A stretch of 64,000 bases of DNA from Tubiluchus corallicola (GCA_030141605.1 JAQGDQ010000130.1:487273-551272), one strand, 5' to 3'. Positions 1 to 13,609 are shown, numbered from the stretch's first letter. The notes: generated by a model from the letters alone, not told the origin. A program made the numbers and translations.

Positions 1-559
1 GGCAATACATACATGTGAAAAAAACCATACGTGGTACAATGTGGACCAAGCAGTACTATGTCTGTCTGGACCAGACATGAACAGTTAATACCGATCGGGA
101 CAAGATTTAATCAAGATCTCTTTCTCTCTTGCACATAACTTAGACTCCAGTAAAGTCTTGAATGGATTTTACAATGGGAATAGCCAGTCTATTGATTGTT
201 GCCAAGGCTATAGACGTTCCCGTGAAACTGCGTTCAATACGTTCAAATCGCTTCATTTCTACAACTGTATAAACATGTTAGAAGGTTTGTCAGGTGAATT
301 TCCACAAACTTCTCATATACTGAGTGATTCTGCTTGCCATCACACGATGATCTTTTCTGATTAATAATAACTCGCCAACACGCGATTAGTTCAGTGCAAA
401 ATATTGCCTTCCAACAGAGAACGTGGTAATAGAATAATACATGGCAAACTAAACCGCGAACTTTCTAAAAACAATGTCAAACTTGATTAGGAGAGATTTT
501 TAACTGGGAAACAAAAATGTTCATTAAAATAGTGGCTGATAAAGAAGTGTGGGTGAAAT

Positions 560-860
560 TGGTGTGCGGCATTAAAATGGCACAGGAAAAACGGCAAGGT
601 AAAAATGGCACAAATGAAAAAATATGAAAAAAATGACACACTTATGAAATATGAGTTGGCAGTTAAGGTTACTGTGTGAGCTAATTATTTTTAGATATTT
701 TTATCTTTGTCACAGAAGTTATGTTCTAACGCTGTTTGTTTATTGGTTGGGATGTTTTTTACTATTATACAGCAGTAAGCTGATTACGGAAAAACTAGTA
801 ACAGATTTCCAGAAAGTGTGAAGGTGGGCAGGGATAAAAAAGGTGTACTTTGAAGCAAAT
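560..860 (+). mobile_element. Non-autonomous interspersed element with AAAAATGGCACA subrepeats (Helentron/HINE-like), body type 2
   Basis: ggtgtgcgg..aaaatggcacaggaaaaa head followed by tttttatctttgtcacagaagttatg...gtttgttt...gattacggaaaaact; homologous to 36660-37050 and to the reverse complement of 51420-51772. Confidence 0.6.
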
Positions 861-3800
861 TCCTGGGCGGGGGGGGGGGTGAAAACTGCTAAAACGGGCG
901 TTTTTTCACCCGTTTTTTGTCTTTTAGGTGGCTCCAATGTATTTAACTGGATTGAGGTCCAGTGAATTTGCAAGCCAGTCAGTTCAATCGAAAAAATAAA
1001 TGTCGCAGTTTTGAGACTGTGCGAGACGCGCGAGGCTTTCACACCGGAAGTGGATGATAGATTATCAATTGATTGAGCAGTACTTTGATGCAATAAATTG
1101 TTCTGTCCCGTCACTTCCTGTTTTGGTGCTCCCTACCAAAAGGTTATGTGCCACCCTGTATTTTAATCTCATTTTATAATTTCGGGTTATCTGCAGACAC
1201 TGATTTTTCAGACGTAGGCCTACTGGTAGAAGATGCCGCTCGTTATACATTTAGTTTTTACTAGTTTTCCAGACATTACTGATTAAGCGTTTCACGAACA
1301 TTAATAATTGAAACAAAATAATCATTATCATCATTGCCTGGTGAAAGAAATCCAAACTCAAACTTTGTGAATTTGTTACTTTTGATGTTCTTACAGTCGT
1401 GAAGTCATACCGTGTAAGCAGAATTAAACATAAATGTTTTGAGAACGTTCGCACTAATTACTCCAGGAGTTAAATTGATACTGAAATTTTCCGTGGAGGC
1501 TTAAGGCGTTTAATCATAATATATCTCAAGCTTCTACGAACACGCCGGTAAAATAAGAGAAACTTATTCAAGGTGAAAATTTTCTGTAAGTAGCGGAGCA
1601 GCTCGACATAATAATTATGTGTTACACATGCTCCAGAGAGAACAATTATATTACGGCTAGACACGCAGTGTGAACCAAACATTGTTTCTCTGAATTTATT
1701 TTGTTTCCTGACAAATCTTACATTTTGTAGCATCATCACGCTAAATAATAATGTTCTTAGTAACTGTGATAATGAAAAATATCTAGGTCATTATTTGAAG
1801 TGATAACCGAGATGACTTAGACATCGTTAACCAGAAGATCCCTATGCTATTGTCGTGCAAACTAACTTATTAGAAAATTCAGCTACTGTTCCCCTTAATG
1901 TTAAAAGGTATCTATTTAGTGTTTATTGTAATACCTTCTACTACATGGCTACCTGGAGGCATTTTAGTAATTATAAATTTGTTATAACGGTGAAATGCCA
2001 TTTATTTTCACCGCTCACACTGTGATGGTTCGATCCATTACGAGACTATTGGATACCAGATATAAAACCGCCAGTATGGAATGACCACGTCTGTTGAGTG
2101 GGTAAAGGGACTAGTGTTTTTAACATTTTAGCACTTGTTCCGTTACTGTCAATCAGCATATAGAACACGTTCCTGGCAAGTGTCTGTGTAAATTCGTCTT
2201 TCGAGTTCAGTGCGTATTAGCACCATCGGTACAATATCTTAAAACTCAAAAATGTGCACAATGTGTGAAAAATATTATTTTTTGGGTATGCATGTGATTA
2301 TGGTGCTCGTGCAATGAGTGTTAAAATTCACGTGATGTTAATGAAAAGATTTGATTCCTGTTCTTAGTACGGCGAATTTACATCGCACACAAGACAGCAA
2401 TTGTGGATGTAGATCATTACTGTAATTTTGTATTTATGTAAGTTTGTGTGATTTTTTGCATTAGTTTTTGTTTTATATTGTTTTGTGTTGTATATACGTA
2501 AGTATAAACTGAAGTTCAAAATAATGAATTAAATCAAATAAATAAATCAAGTGTGACCTCATGTTCTGATTCCGGAAATTTTGGTTTTAGTTTGCATCCT
2601 TTTTTTATCTAGATCACGGTTATTGTGATAATGCGTAAGGTTCGCAAGGATTACCCAAATGAATTGCATGGCGCAAAAATAATGCGTATGTATGTGCGCG
2701 AATAAATAAGATCTAGTAGGGTAGGGGTACGAATCAGACAATTTCGGGTAAAAATGCAACGACTAATTATAAAAACAATTTATTTATAGACTGTGTTTTC
2801 TACATTGAATTAAGGTTTACTGGACATAATTTAATTGTTTAGTTTCTTTTTTTAAAGAATCTTCTGAAAACCCATAAAACAGGCTGAAGAGAAAAGGCTG
2901 CCCGATGGACACGAAACATCATTAATGAATGGAATAGGAAAATTAATTCCAAGGAATCACTGTATTAAGATAAGCGGTCATTGCTAGTTGGCATACTTCT
3001 TTAGGTTTCAGGGCTTAACTGGATTTATATGCTTTCCCAACAGCCAATATGTTAGTTGCCTGTTCCACTATGTTGCCATAAGACAAATAACGGTATAGCA
3101 CACTTTTCCATGGTTGGCTAAAATGTAATTTGATATGTTTAAAGACCGAAATTAAGCAGCGCCGAGCTTGATCAGTGAATGCATTGATGTTCTCCAGTTT
3201 GAAACCGTACTGAGTTTAATTTCCTTTGCCGTACTACTAAAGATATTTTGATGAGCAAGGCATGTATCTAAACATGGCTAAGGCGCCTTGATATTTGCTA
3301 CAAAGCCATGCCGGGGGTCAGTAGTTACCACCGATCCATGATTTCTGTTATAAAATTGCGTGTAGCATAATTATAGAGCGACCTTGACCTTTGACCTCTA
3401 GACAATAGCCATTTCCTGTCTGTTAAACATTTCTTGCATCGTTTAATGCAGACATTAAAGGTCGATTACAAAATTAGCTTAGTTTTGTCATAAATGTGTC
3501 AAATTTATCAAGGGTTTTCATACCATCTTTACACTGCATCTCACTCAAAGTTTAGTTTTTCAAGACCATTTGCTTATGGGGATCAGAAAACTAAATAATA
3601 AAGATAGCATAACAAATACCAAATATTGAAGACGCTTAAATAATCAGCATTTTAAGTTGAGCAATAATTTATTCAGCAATTCGTTTCCGGACTCAAAAAT
3701 ATCGTTAAGCTATTATGTAATCAAGTTCAACAATTTAAGGTTAGAAGGTAGAAAGTGTTCTTCTAGACTAGTGTTCTTCAAGCAATGCAAGTTATCTCAC

Positions 3801-5030
3801 CGCATCAGATTGTATAAGATATAATCAAATGTAATCTGAGTTTGGATTTGAAACAATGCCCTTAGATTTAGCCTACCTAGTGGTCAACTTCGAGCGATCA
3901 AAGCAGTTCATTAACGTTCTGGGTGATTTTCTAAGCAGTAATTTCAGTCTCAAATTAACTGTCATCTGTCAGCTAAGTGGACAGTCAAGTTGGCAAGCAT
4001 TAATGAGAAGCTTGGTCTGAATGAATTTAAATGGTGTGACTATCATCCAATAAGTGGAAGCCATTGCCCACACGAGTGGCTATTTGTTCTGCATGAGAAG
4101 CTGACGCAAGTGGACGGACGACAAGCCTATACCGTCGGCTACAATTGCAGAGGATGGTGCAAATTATTAATAGTGTCACGGAACACTGCATGTTGGGCAG
4201 ATGGTCTTTAAAGTTTAAAGTTTATTTGCTTGGTGAGCATGACCTTCGTGGCAGTTTCTGCCGTGTAAACCTTACGGCAATCTCCGTTGTAGACAGTCGT
4301 CGAAGTCTAACATTCACATCTATCAATAATGAAGTACGGTTGTCACGCTCCAGTAATTCTGTTGTCATTGTTACCAGGGTGATGTCCCGCTTCAGTGCGT
4401 GTGTTGTTAGTGTTGCCAGGGTGATATCCCGCGTGTGGATACAGTGGCTTTTGACTTCTGTTATTTGCCGATGGTAGTAATAATTGCAGTGGTTAATGTC
4501 CCAGACGTTATTTTCAATGTGGCAAAATCAATATGTTGTTCAAATCCCTAGAAATCTTATATACGAAGAGCAATCTAGAAAAGGTACTTGCTGCTATGGG
4601 TCTATGGATAGTCTTCCATGAGTAAATCTAGCTTCTTTGAAAATGATTTATTTCAGGAGATGTGCAGAGTTTTGAAAATCCCAGCGTTCGGGAGCTTTAC
4701 ACAACACAATTAAACATGATATCTCATACACAATAGTTTTGCGATTAAACAGCAGGGTTTTAGTAAAAATAATTAACGTTTTGTAATGTTTTCGTAATAC
4801 AAGAAGAATTAATAATTAACAATGAATAGCTCATATTAACGTTACTATATCTATTGTAAATTCGTTAGAAACACAGCGTGGAAGAAACTATATTTGGTGT
4901 TTGGTTTTAAAACATTGCAACATGATACAAGTAAAACGCAAAGTTCGTTAACCTAAAGCAGTTAATGTTTCATAATGGAAGGAAGTATTTTAAAAGCTCA
5001 CTCTTTGTCAGCAAAAACCTAAAAAAGTTT

Positions 5031-6152
5031 CAATATTGTTTTACGCTAAAAGAAAAATTCAATTAAAATTCTTAGCCGTCGATGGAGTTTGCTGAAACCG
5101 ATGTACAGGGCATACGGAATGGCAAATTGTTAATGTGTTTCATGGTTTTCAAAGTTTCTTGTAGACTGTGAAAAACAGCCTGTGCTTTGCACAGTTTTTA
5201 CAGTAACAATTACAACCAAGTTGATGGAAACGTCTTCGCTTTTGCAAAATAATTCTGTGTCTGCTTGCTTTCGTATATCACAAGCTATCTTCTGTTAGCT
5301 TACGCCATTTTCGGCCCTGTCCAGTCAAAGCACTGGTCCTCAACGATAATTGACCGATCTGTAAAATTGAATAACTGTTGGTTTATTATAACAACGTTTT
5401 GTACATATAGTCCATGAAACAGCAGGCAAGCCTATTGAAAGCTGTCTAGACTGTTGATAAAGCATAAAAAATAATAGTAAAATTACAGTTATAACATTTG
5501 TCTCAGTGTACAAGATTAATATAAATCTTTGGTAAACTACGTAAATTAAAATATATGTGCCAATTTGCAAACAGAGTTAGTGCAAATAGTTACAATAAAT
5601 TTATGTAGTTTACCAGATTTATATTAATGCTTGTACACTTTGGACAAATGTTACTAATTTTACTATTATTTTTTATTATCAGACAGCTTCATGGAGCTAT
5701 ATATCGCAAAACGTTGTTATAAACCAACAGTTATTCAATTTTACAGTCGGTCGAATTATCGTTGGAGACAGGAGCAAAGCTAGCAGAAGATATACGAAAC
5801 GAACACAAATACATTTTGCAAAAGCTAGCGTTTATCAACTTTGGTTGTATTACCAATATATTGCAAAGCGGAAGACCACGGTGCTTTTTTGAAAACCATG
5901 AAACGCATTAACAATTTGCCATTCCGTACCCTTTCTTGCGTCGGTTTCAGCAAACTCCATCGCGCAATAAATAGAAATTTTAATTGAATTTAGCGTAAAG
6001 CATAAAAAATAATAGTAAAATTACAGTTATAACATTTGTCTCAGTGTACAAGATTAATATAAATCTTTGGTAAACTACGTAAATTAAAATATATGTGCCA
6101 ATTTGCAAACAGAGTTAGTGCAAATAGTTACAATAAATTTATGTACAATATT
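5031..6152 (+). other. Long imperfect inverted repeat / candidate long hairpin RNA
   Basis: 5041-5546 is the imperfect reverse complement of 5598-5998. Example stems: cgatggagtttgctgaaaccga / tcggtttcagcaaactccatcg and tacggaatggcaaattgttaatg / cattaacaatttgccattccgta. The outer stem resumes at 6145-6152. Confidence 0.8.
5458..6145 (+). repeat. Exact 150-bp direct duplication (5458-5607 = 5996-6145)
   Basis: Base-by-base identical, offset 538. Confidence 0.95.
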
Positions 6153-6915
6153 AACAATCTTAGTAATCACTAAACCGCCGCTTCTTTCAATAAATTTAAT
6201 TACGTTACGTACCAGAATAATATTTTCATCTTCAACAAGGCTGTTACTCCAGTAACTTTGCTTTTCTTATAAGAAGCTTTTTCAGTGGTACTGAATATAA
6301 TGAACCTATTTTTATTACATCTCATCAGTCTGTCTCTTAGTAATAATTAAACCTTCGTGGTGTACATCCTCTATCTTCGTGCTTCTTGTCCTTTCTCTTC
6401 CGTGCTCATACACTTTGTTAGCCTAATCAATAATGCCTTCACATACACACGGCTAGAACTAATCACAATGGAAATGTCTAACTAACAGCTCAGACAAAAC
6501 ACACAATGTTCTGGACTGTAAATCCTGCAGCCTCTACTGTAACTTGGCGAAACCTAATACTCTAGACAGGAGAAAGCACTATAATTCTGTGAGGATTTCT
6601 GTGGAGGATTGTAGATGCAATGCTTTTCCTCAGCCGTGTGTCATCAATTCTGCATTGTGATTTCTTCTCGCTACCTCTAATCCTACCAGAGGTTTTAGAC
6701 AGGGACCGATACTTATAGGTGTGGATTTTTCTTTCAATGGTTGTGTAAGGGTTCACCTCTCATACAGTTCAATTTCAGCACCAAATGATTACAAACATTT
6801 CATTGGTATGACATTTCGTTCTCTTCTCGTAAATTCCTTCGATGGGTGTCCGTCAGTGGAGCTTGGAAATTATCGCTGTTACGTTGATATATAAAACGTG
6901 CCTTGTTATTGACTC

Positions 6916-6933
6916 TAAGTAAGTAAGCAAATA

Positions 6934-7031
<98 letters not shown>
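6916..7031. repeat. (TAAG)n microsatellite
   Basis: Direct inspection. Confidence 0.97.
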
Positions 7032-8239
7032 CAAGCAAATAAACAAGAACAAAGCAAAACAAGCAACAATGACATCTTTATTTGCCATAATAATATCGAG
7101 AATCATAACAAAATATTAAGATACTCTATAAGTGAAAGTTAAATAACATACACTGTTGGAGTCAATGCGTCAGTGCAAAATCTCAACTGCAGGTGCAGAA
7201 ATAAAATATAACTTTAAACTTTAACTTATTTCACATATTTTACATATTTACAAACCGACTATAGCAAAATTAAGTTGTTAATATGGCCTGGGTTAAATGA
7301 ATTATGCTTTAGTGTGCAAGTTGTCATGTTGATAATATGGATATTCAAATCTTGACATCATTAATGCTTTTAATTTGGTTATGAAGCGGTTAGTAGTTTA
7401 ATAGGTTGGATTTCGAATGGCAGGGAATTCCATTGACTGCTTGACGACTTGTACGGAGCAAATACTTTAAAATAAAACTTCTGCACTCTAAAATCACTGC
7501 GAGTAGACATAGACATAGACATGGACGTTTATTTTCTCCAATAATGTTACAAATATTCCATTTTACAAAATACTTTTTTTATCCAAGGAGATGGCGTCAG
7601 GAAAGTCCGTAGGTTATCTGGTCACCCACCTCTTATAAATTAATATTGTAATATTAGCAACAAAATTGTGATGAACACTGGCAGCCACTTTTGTTAATGT
7701 ATATAAATTGAATGATCAAAATAAACCAATAAACAAAAGAAAAATATAAGCAAATATAACAAATAGTAATATAATAAACATTCCTGCAATTAATGACAAT
7801 GTGAAAATGGCCGAAATGCGAATGGTTGCATTACAATGATGGCGTAAGTGGGGAAAAATATTTAATAAATAAATGCAGATAGTGAATAAGTATCATAATA
7901 AATAGTTAATTACGAAATTGGAGATTAAACAAGGAAAGTATTTCAGGAGTTTCTGATTAAATAAATTAAATTTTAGATCAATCTTATATAAACATGGCAG
8001 CTTAACTTGTCATATCAGTCATTCAGTATAATGAATAGATTCAGATTGTAGGCTGGAGTTTCATGGTTTTCATCTATTGCACCATTCAGATACGTACCGT
8101 AAGTGCTGCTAGAGCAGCGTCCATTAATTATCCTTAATTGCGAGAGTTGGTCATTTGACATTGATGATGGCTTAGTGAAGAATTTGAGAAATTCTATTCT
8201 GGGAACTTTTAGATGGCAGCGTGACACGCTACGTCTGCC

Positions 8240-8560
8240 TAATCATTCTGTCACTAGCGCCTGCATAATAGAAATGCTCTGCGCAAAAAATTGGCGCTGT
8301 ACCTCCCAGTTTACTTGTGATGTTGTGCACACGTTTGAGAGCTCAGTAAACACGTTTGAGAGCGTGAACACAGCAGTAAACTTGAGATTTAAATTTAAAT
8401 TTAAACCTCAAATTAGTCGAATTTTTCAGTATCACACTGTATGTTGTACAATAGCACTGTACTTCAATTTTCACTTTTGTAAACACATGCAACACGCTCA
8501 TGGAATGTTTGTGCTGTTGACAATTATATACAGCTGAGACGTCATCATTAACTGGGCTTC
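8240..8560. mobile_element. Diverged interspersed repeat copy (family also at ~13610-13960 and ~51880-52130, opposite orientation)
   Basis: gtacttcaattttcac...aacacgctcatggaatgt is the reverse complement of acattccacgagcgtgtt...gaaaattgaagtac at 13647-13696; gctgtacctcccagtt matches aactgagaggtacagc at ~51887 in reverse. Confidence 0.6.
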
Positions 8561-10339
8561 TCGTCATTAACTAAGTCTTCAACCTATTATTTAATTTTCA
8601 GAAACACTTTGGCATTACTATAGGTGTTAAAATGCATCCTTTTTTTACCGTACTTCAAAATGGGGCAGGATAAAATCTTTCTGTTTTCTTTAATTAAGCT
8701 GGTTATTATTTACAATAGCCACTTTCAAACAAAATTGTAGATCGTAGTTGTCATCATCGTAGTCGTCATTGTTGTTATTTCTCGTCCTGTTGCTGTTGTT
8801 GTTGTTGTTACTGTTTATGTATAATGCTGTAAAATTTGGAAACATTTTAAAACTACCTGTTTAATGCAACTGCTAGTAGTTTTTTTTTAATTTTCGGATT
8901 CAAGAGTTTCGACGAGTTTTAAAAATGAATATTACTCAGATACTACTGATGGCATCCAATGAAATATCTGTGGTAATTAAGCACAGTTACATTTTGATCC
9001 ACGTGAAATTGAATAAGCATGTAGTTAATCAGTTGCAGCAGATTTAGAGCCTTTGCCTTCGAATTCTGACTGAATGTAATACTAATACGAAGTTGGAAAT
9101 ATTAATATTGCGTATTTTTATTGATTTTTGTAGAACAACAACGAAAAGGCGTAGCCTCATTATCAATGTATTGGTCGTTTCTTTACTGTAAATTTCCGTA
9201 TTTGCAGCCACGTGAAAATGCTGCCATTAAAATTGTCAACAAGTCTGGACGGCCTTATTCAAGGGTACAGAGATGTTGATTCTTCCGATTTGCTGGCTTC
9301 ATTTGATTAATGGATGGCAGTGGCGTTGACATCGCATCAATTTACTTTCTTGGCCCTTGCTGACCTTAATTACGTATTAGACGCAGCATTGAGTAACAGC
9401 CCGCGAATAATTGGATAACTCGAGTCTGGGATGAACAGAGACAATTACTTAGAAAGCATTTAAGCTTTGCTTGCTGGCATGCGTGCATGAATTCCTCAAC
9501 ACTCTTTGCACAATCTTACTGTCTGCAAGTCTGAAACTTAAAGACCAACAAAATTACACTATATTTCCGTCCTCATTGTGAACTACTTTCGGTTGAAAAA
9601 AGAAGAAAAGCGCAAACAAAAGCTAATTACTATTTTTTGAGTAAAAAAATAACACATTCAATTGTAGAGAAAAGAATCGAATCACTACAGAGCAGAAAGC
9701 CAACAGTAGAAAAAAAATCTAGAAAAGAATGATTATGAAAAGCGCAAATCATAACAATAGCAAATGCCCAAAATGTCACAACAGCACTGTGTAACGAACA
9801 TTAGGACACAACCGAGAATATTGTGCTTTTTTTGTTTATTGGCATGTCACAAGAATTTTACTATCAAAATTTACTTCACAAACTTGTTAACTCAGCTGAC
9901 AAGTGGCTTTGTCGCTGAGTCCTTAATTTGTTTTTGAAGGTACTAACATTTGGGGCAGTAATTACATCTTCTGGCAAGACGTTGCAGCGGAGAAAATCTC
10001 TTCCGGTGGAAAAGCGGCCTCTTATGTTAGTACGATAGAAATCCTGGATAGTTTAATCAAATGTCCACGCAAATCATAGCGGCGGTGTGTCAGGACGAAG
10101 ATGGTCAACACAAGACGGTCAATCCGTTCAAAATTTTGACACAATGTATGCAGTTTACAGTTTCACCCCTCCGATACGGCGGGGAGACTTCGTAACGCCT
10201 CTGAATTTGCTGTAGCTGGTTAACTACATGCTTATGCAATTTCATGTGATACAAAATCATATTTTGTGACCACTTCCTGTTTTTTTACTAAGTGCAAAAT
10301 AGTCCTCAGCGAAAATTCAGATTATCTTAACGAAAAACG

Positions 10340-10369
<30 letters not shown>

Positions 10370-10375
<6 letters not shown>

Positions 10376-10514
10376 TTTTAACACCGAGGATTGTCATTTT
10401 ATTGAAATCCATTTTATGGCATATAATATATATATATATATGTGTGATATACTTTTTTATTTTGCGATAAAATGCATTTCAATAAAATGACAATCCTCAG
10501 TGTTAAAAATATGT
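10370..10514. mobile_element. Small MITE-like palindrome with ~48-bp inverted arms beside a (TA)n tract
   Basis: acatatttttaacaccgaggattgtcattttattgaaatccattttat ... ataaaatgcatttcaataaaatgacaatcctcagtgttaaaaatatgt (2 mismatches). Confidence 0.7.
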
Positions 10515-12159
10515 TCACATATTAAAACACTGCTAAAGGCAAATGCGTACGGTGCAAAACTGTGAACTACTAATGCATAAAACTAAAACAAAAGTAATGA
10601 CTCAGTACACTCGTTCACATACATATTTACAATACATAATACAATAATGTTTACAAGTTACATACTACAATGCATAGGCAATAGTTACGTAATACAATAC
10701 GTATGGGTAATACAGTACATATTACATAGGCTTGTATAATATACACAAGTGAACACACCTGAAGAAATCTTAGCACAAAGATGGAAATGCATGGTCTAGA
10801 GTTTTGTAATGTTTTCAGTCGCCATGCAGTGAAACTGCATATGAAAAATAAAATACACCATCATTACGTAGGTTCAGTTTATTCATTAAACACATAGTCG
10901 TTTACAACTAATGTTTATAGCTATTAGTGTATAGGTATTGTGTAGGTCTTAATTTATTTCAAAAACACCAGTGTCTATTAATGAATGAATAAATTTAATG
11001 GTCTTGTCTTTTTATTCAAGCGCATGGCTGATTAATATACTCGTTAAAATTTTATATAAGCTTCTACAATTCATTTCAGTGCAGGTTTGTTTCAGTCTCT
11101 ATGGTTTCCCCGAGATCAAAGCAGAACCGGACTTGACTAACTCGGAAGCTTCATCATCATAGACACTAATCTCACTCCATTACTCACGTTCGTTTCCTGG
11201 TGGCTGGCTTCTGAAATCACTAACATGTTGGTGGCTGGCTTCCTGAAACCACTAACATGCGGTAATTGATTGCGACCTGCGCTTGATTGGTGTGAAGTTT
11301 CTAATTTGTCTGTACGGTTCGAGATGCTTCTAGGAAAAGGTGAATCAGCGGAAGAATTTTCAGCAGCTTCTTTCTTTGAATGAGAGCATAGGACTTCAAG
11401 AGTACTGACATTTTGTATTAGTTTGTGACTGCCTTATATATTGCTGCAGTAGTAAGTATCTATCAACTGCGGATTTATAACCTTGAGGTGATCAACCTGA
11501 GTAGTTCGGAACCGGCGCAAACCGGTATTACTGGCAAACGCACAAAAACTTGTAAAATTTCTTTAAATTAGCCAAATTTGTCTAGTAACATTAAGTAACA
11601 TTAATATTAGGCAATTTTTTTATATTTTATTATTTAGTCTATTAAACATGATGTTGAAAGTTAAATGCGGATGCAAGAAGCTGCAATATTGGCATCTTAA
11701 TTTTGGTTTTACTTTTAAGAAAGGAACGTGTCCCGAAACGCTAGAAATTTCGTAAAGAAACCATTTTTACTGGTTTTCATCTTGCTAATATGTTATCCCA
11801 CTCCCATAATGTACGACTTGTATCATTTTTCCATGGAAATGTCAGCTGTCCTCACAATATACTGAGAAGCGTAACAACATAAGTTCCACAGTCACGCATC
11901 ATACATTAAACAAAGTGCGCCGTTCATCATTCGTTTCTGCATTTTCTGCAAATTTTCACATCTTGATTTATTCGTGTTGCGTAGGAAAACAGGTCACGCA
12001 CTGGATGTCAGAGTTTTGATGGAACATACTACCTTTTGTTTGTTTGTTTGAGTGTTTTTATTTTGCCTACTTTAACTTAACCATATTCTTTCAGCCATGT
12101 TGCTTTTTTCACAAGAGAATTTCTATTCATATAGTTTTAACTTCACTTGCCTATCTGTT

Positions 12160-12164
12160 TGTTC

Positions 12165-12232
<68 letters not shown>

Positions 12233-12388
12233 TCTCTCTGTTTCATTTCTCGTTTCTTTTGTTTTTTCAAGCCTATCCTCTTTCTATTTATTTTCTCTTT
12301 CTCTCTTTTTCTCTCCATCTCTTCCACGTTCTCTTTACTCTGACAGTGTTTCTCCCCATCTCTCTGTCTGTTGCTCGCTCATTTCCCG

Positions 12389-12434
<46 letters not shown>

Positions 12435-12520
12435 GTCTCTTTCTCACTCACTCTCACTTTCTATCTCTTGCACGCACCTTCTCTCTTTTTTCATCTTTGA
12501 TCTTTTCATAATTTTCTCTT
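12160..12520. repeat. (CT)n microsatellites in a polypyrimidine tract
   Basis: Pure (CT)n at ~12170-12230 and ~12391-12431; explains the SL-repeat ORFs. Confidence 0.95.
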
Positions 12521-13609
12521 TTTGTCCGCCGGTTCGTGTAAACGCGTACCTGACCTATTTGTCTTCTCCTTTCTTTATCACTCTTTCACTCGGTTCTGTT
12601 TTGTGTCAGTTTCACTCTTTTAATTCGTTTAGCTGTTTTTATTTGTTTGACTTTGTTCTTGATTAAAATTTATGCATTACGCGCTAATACACTCATTGGT
12701 GTGCACACAATAGAGACCTTTAATTTCCTTTTATTACAGCGATACAAAATTTACTTAATAATAATATGCCTATAGAAGCGACATGGGGCACTGCAGTTGC
12801 GTTTGTCATTTAACAGTAATTGCTCTCACGTGAACACAACAATTAAACTCGTAAAATGCAATTATGGTTTTCATGTCTGCCTAGATGATAAAAGGACAAT
12901 TTTAAGTGGAATTGAGCAAAAATTTTCTCAATGCAAACGCCTATAAAACGCTTGCAGTGTTTGCGTGAAGTACCACTAACTGATTCTAATTTATAACCAT
13001 TAATTTTAAATTCCTCTGGGGCTATTTGAACACATAATGCATGAAGGGAGCACAAAGCGCATGCGTGATAATGATGATTCATGCTGTCGCGTTTGAGAAT
13101 ATCTGTGAAAATTAGAAATCCTTTGTGGCGTAAAGTAGCTCGAGGATTGAATTTTTTAAGATAAACATAATTTATTCTGAGAGGAGATTTGCGAAATGTC
13201 GAATGAATATTCTGCTTTGTTCACGCTCATCGGAGTCAATAAGCAGCTGCTGTAAATCTCGCAGATGATTTTCATTATTAATGTTATAAAAACCTTTTAA
13301 TTTAAGCCTAACAATCGCTGGTATGTATTCCTCATATTTCCATGTGCCAAGATTATATCTGCTGTTATTACGTCAACCCATAGTGTGTAACGACATGTGA
13401 ATCACGTGATACTCTGCAGTCTCCACTCCTCTGACCACTCTTTAACTGGTTAGCCTTCTTAAAAGGAAAACGGATTAATTTTTCATGTCGTACCCAATTT
13501 TGATTTAAGGCAAAAAGTATATATTTAACACCTGTAATAGTGCCCCGGGCATCTCTGATAATTAAAGAACAGGTTTAAAATTTAATTAATGGCAGGCAAG
13601 CCTAACTAG

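Noticed and set aside
4145-4477. 110-aa ORF, and an opposite-strand open frame, containing a 22-bp direct repeat
   Set aside because: TTG start, no recognisable motif and no supporting splice structure.
6280-6335. Minus-strand CTGATGAG next to the long hairpin as a hammerhead ribozyme (retrozyme/viroid-like element)
   Set aside because: No stem II followed by GAAAC and no matching cleavage-site helices could be built.
6800-7106. LLTY-repeat ORFs, and similarly the SL (12044-12666), poly-S (28502), MYVC (36572) and poly-V/Y (52699) ORFs
   Set aside because: They are translations of microsatellites.
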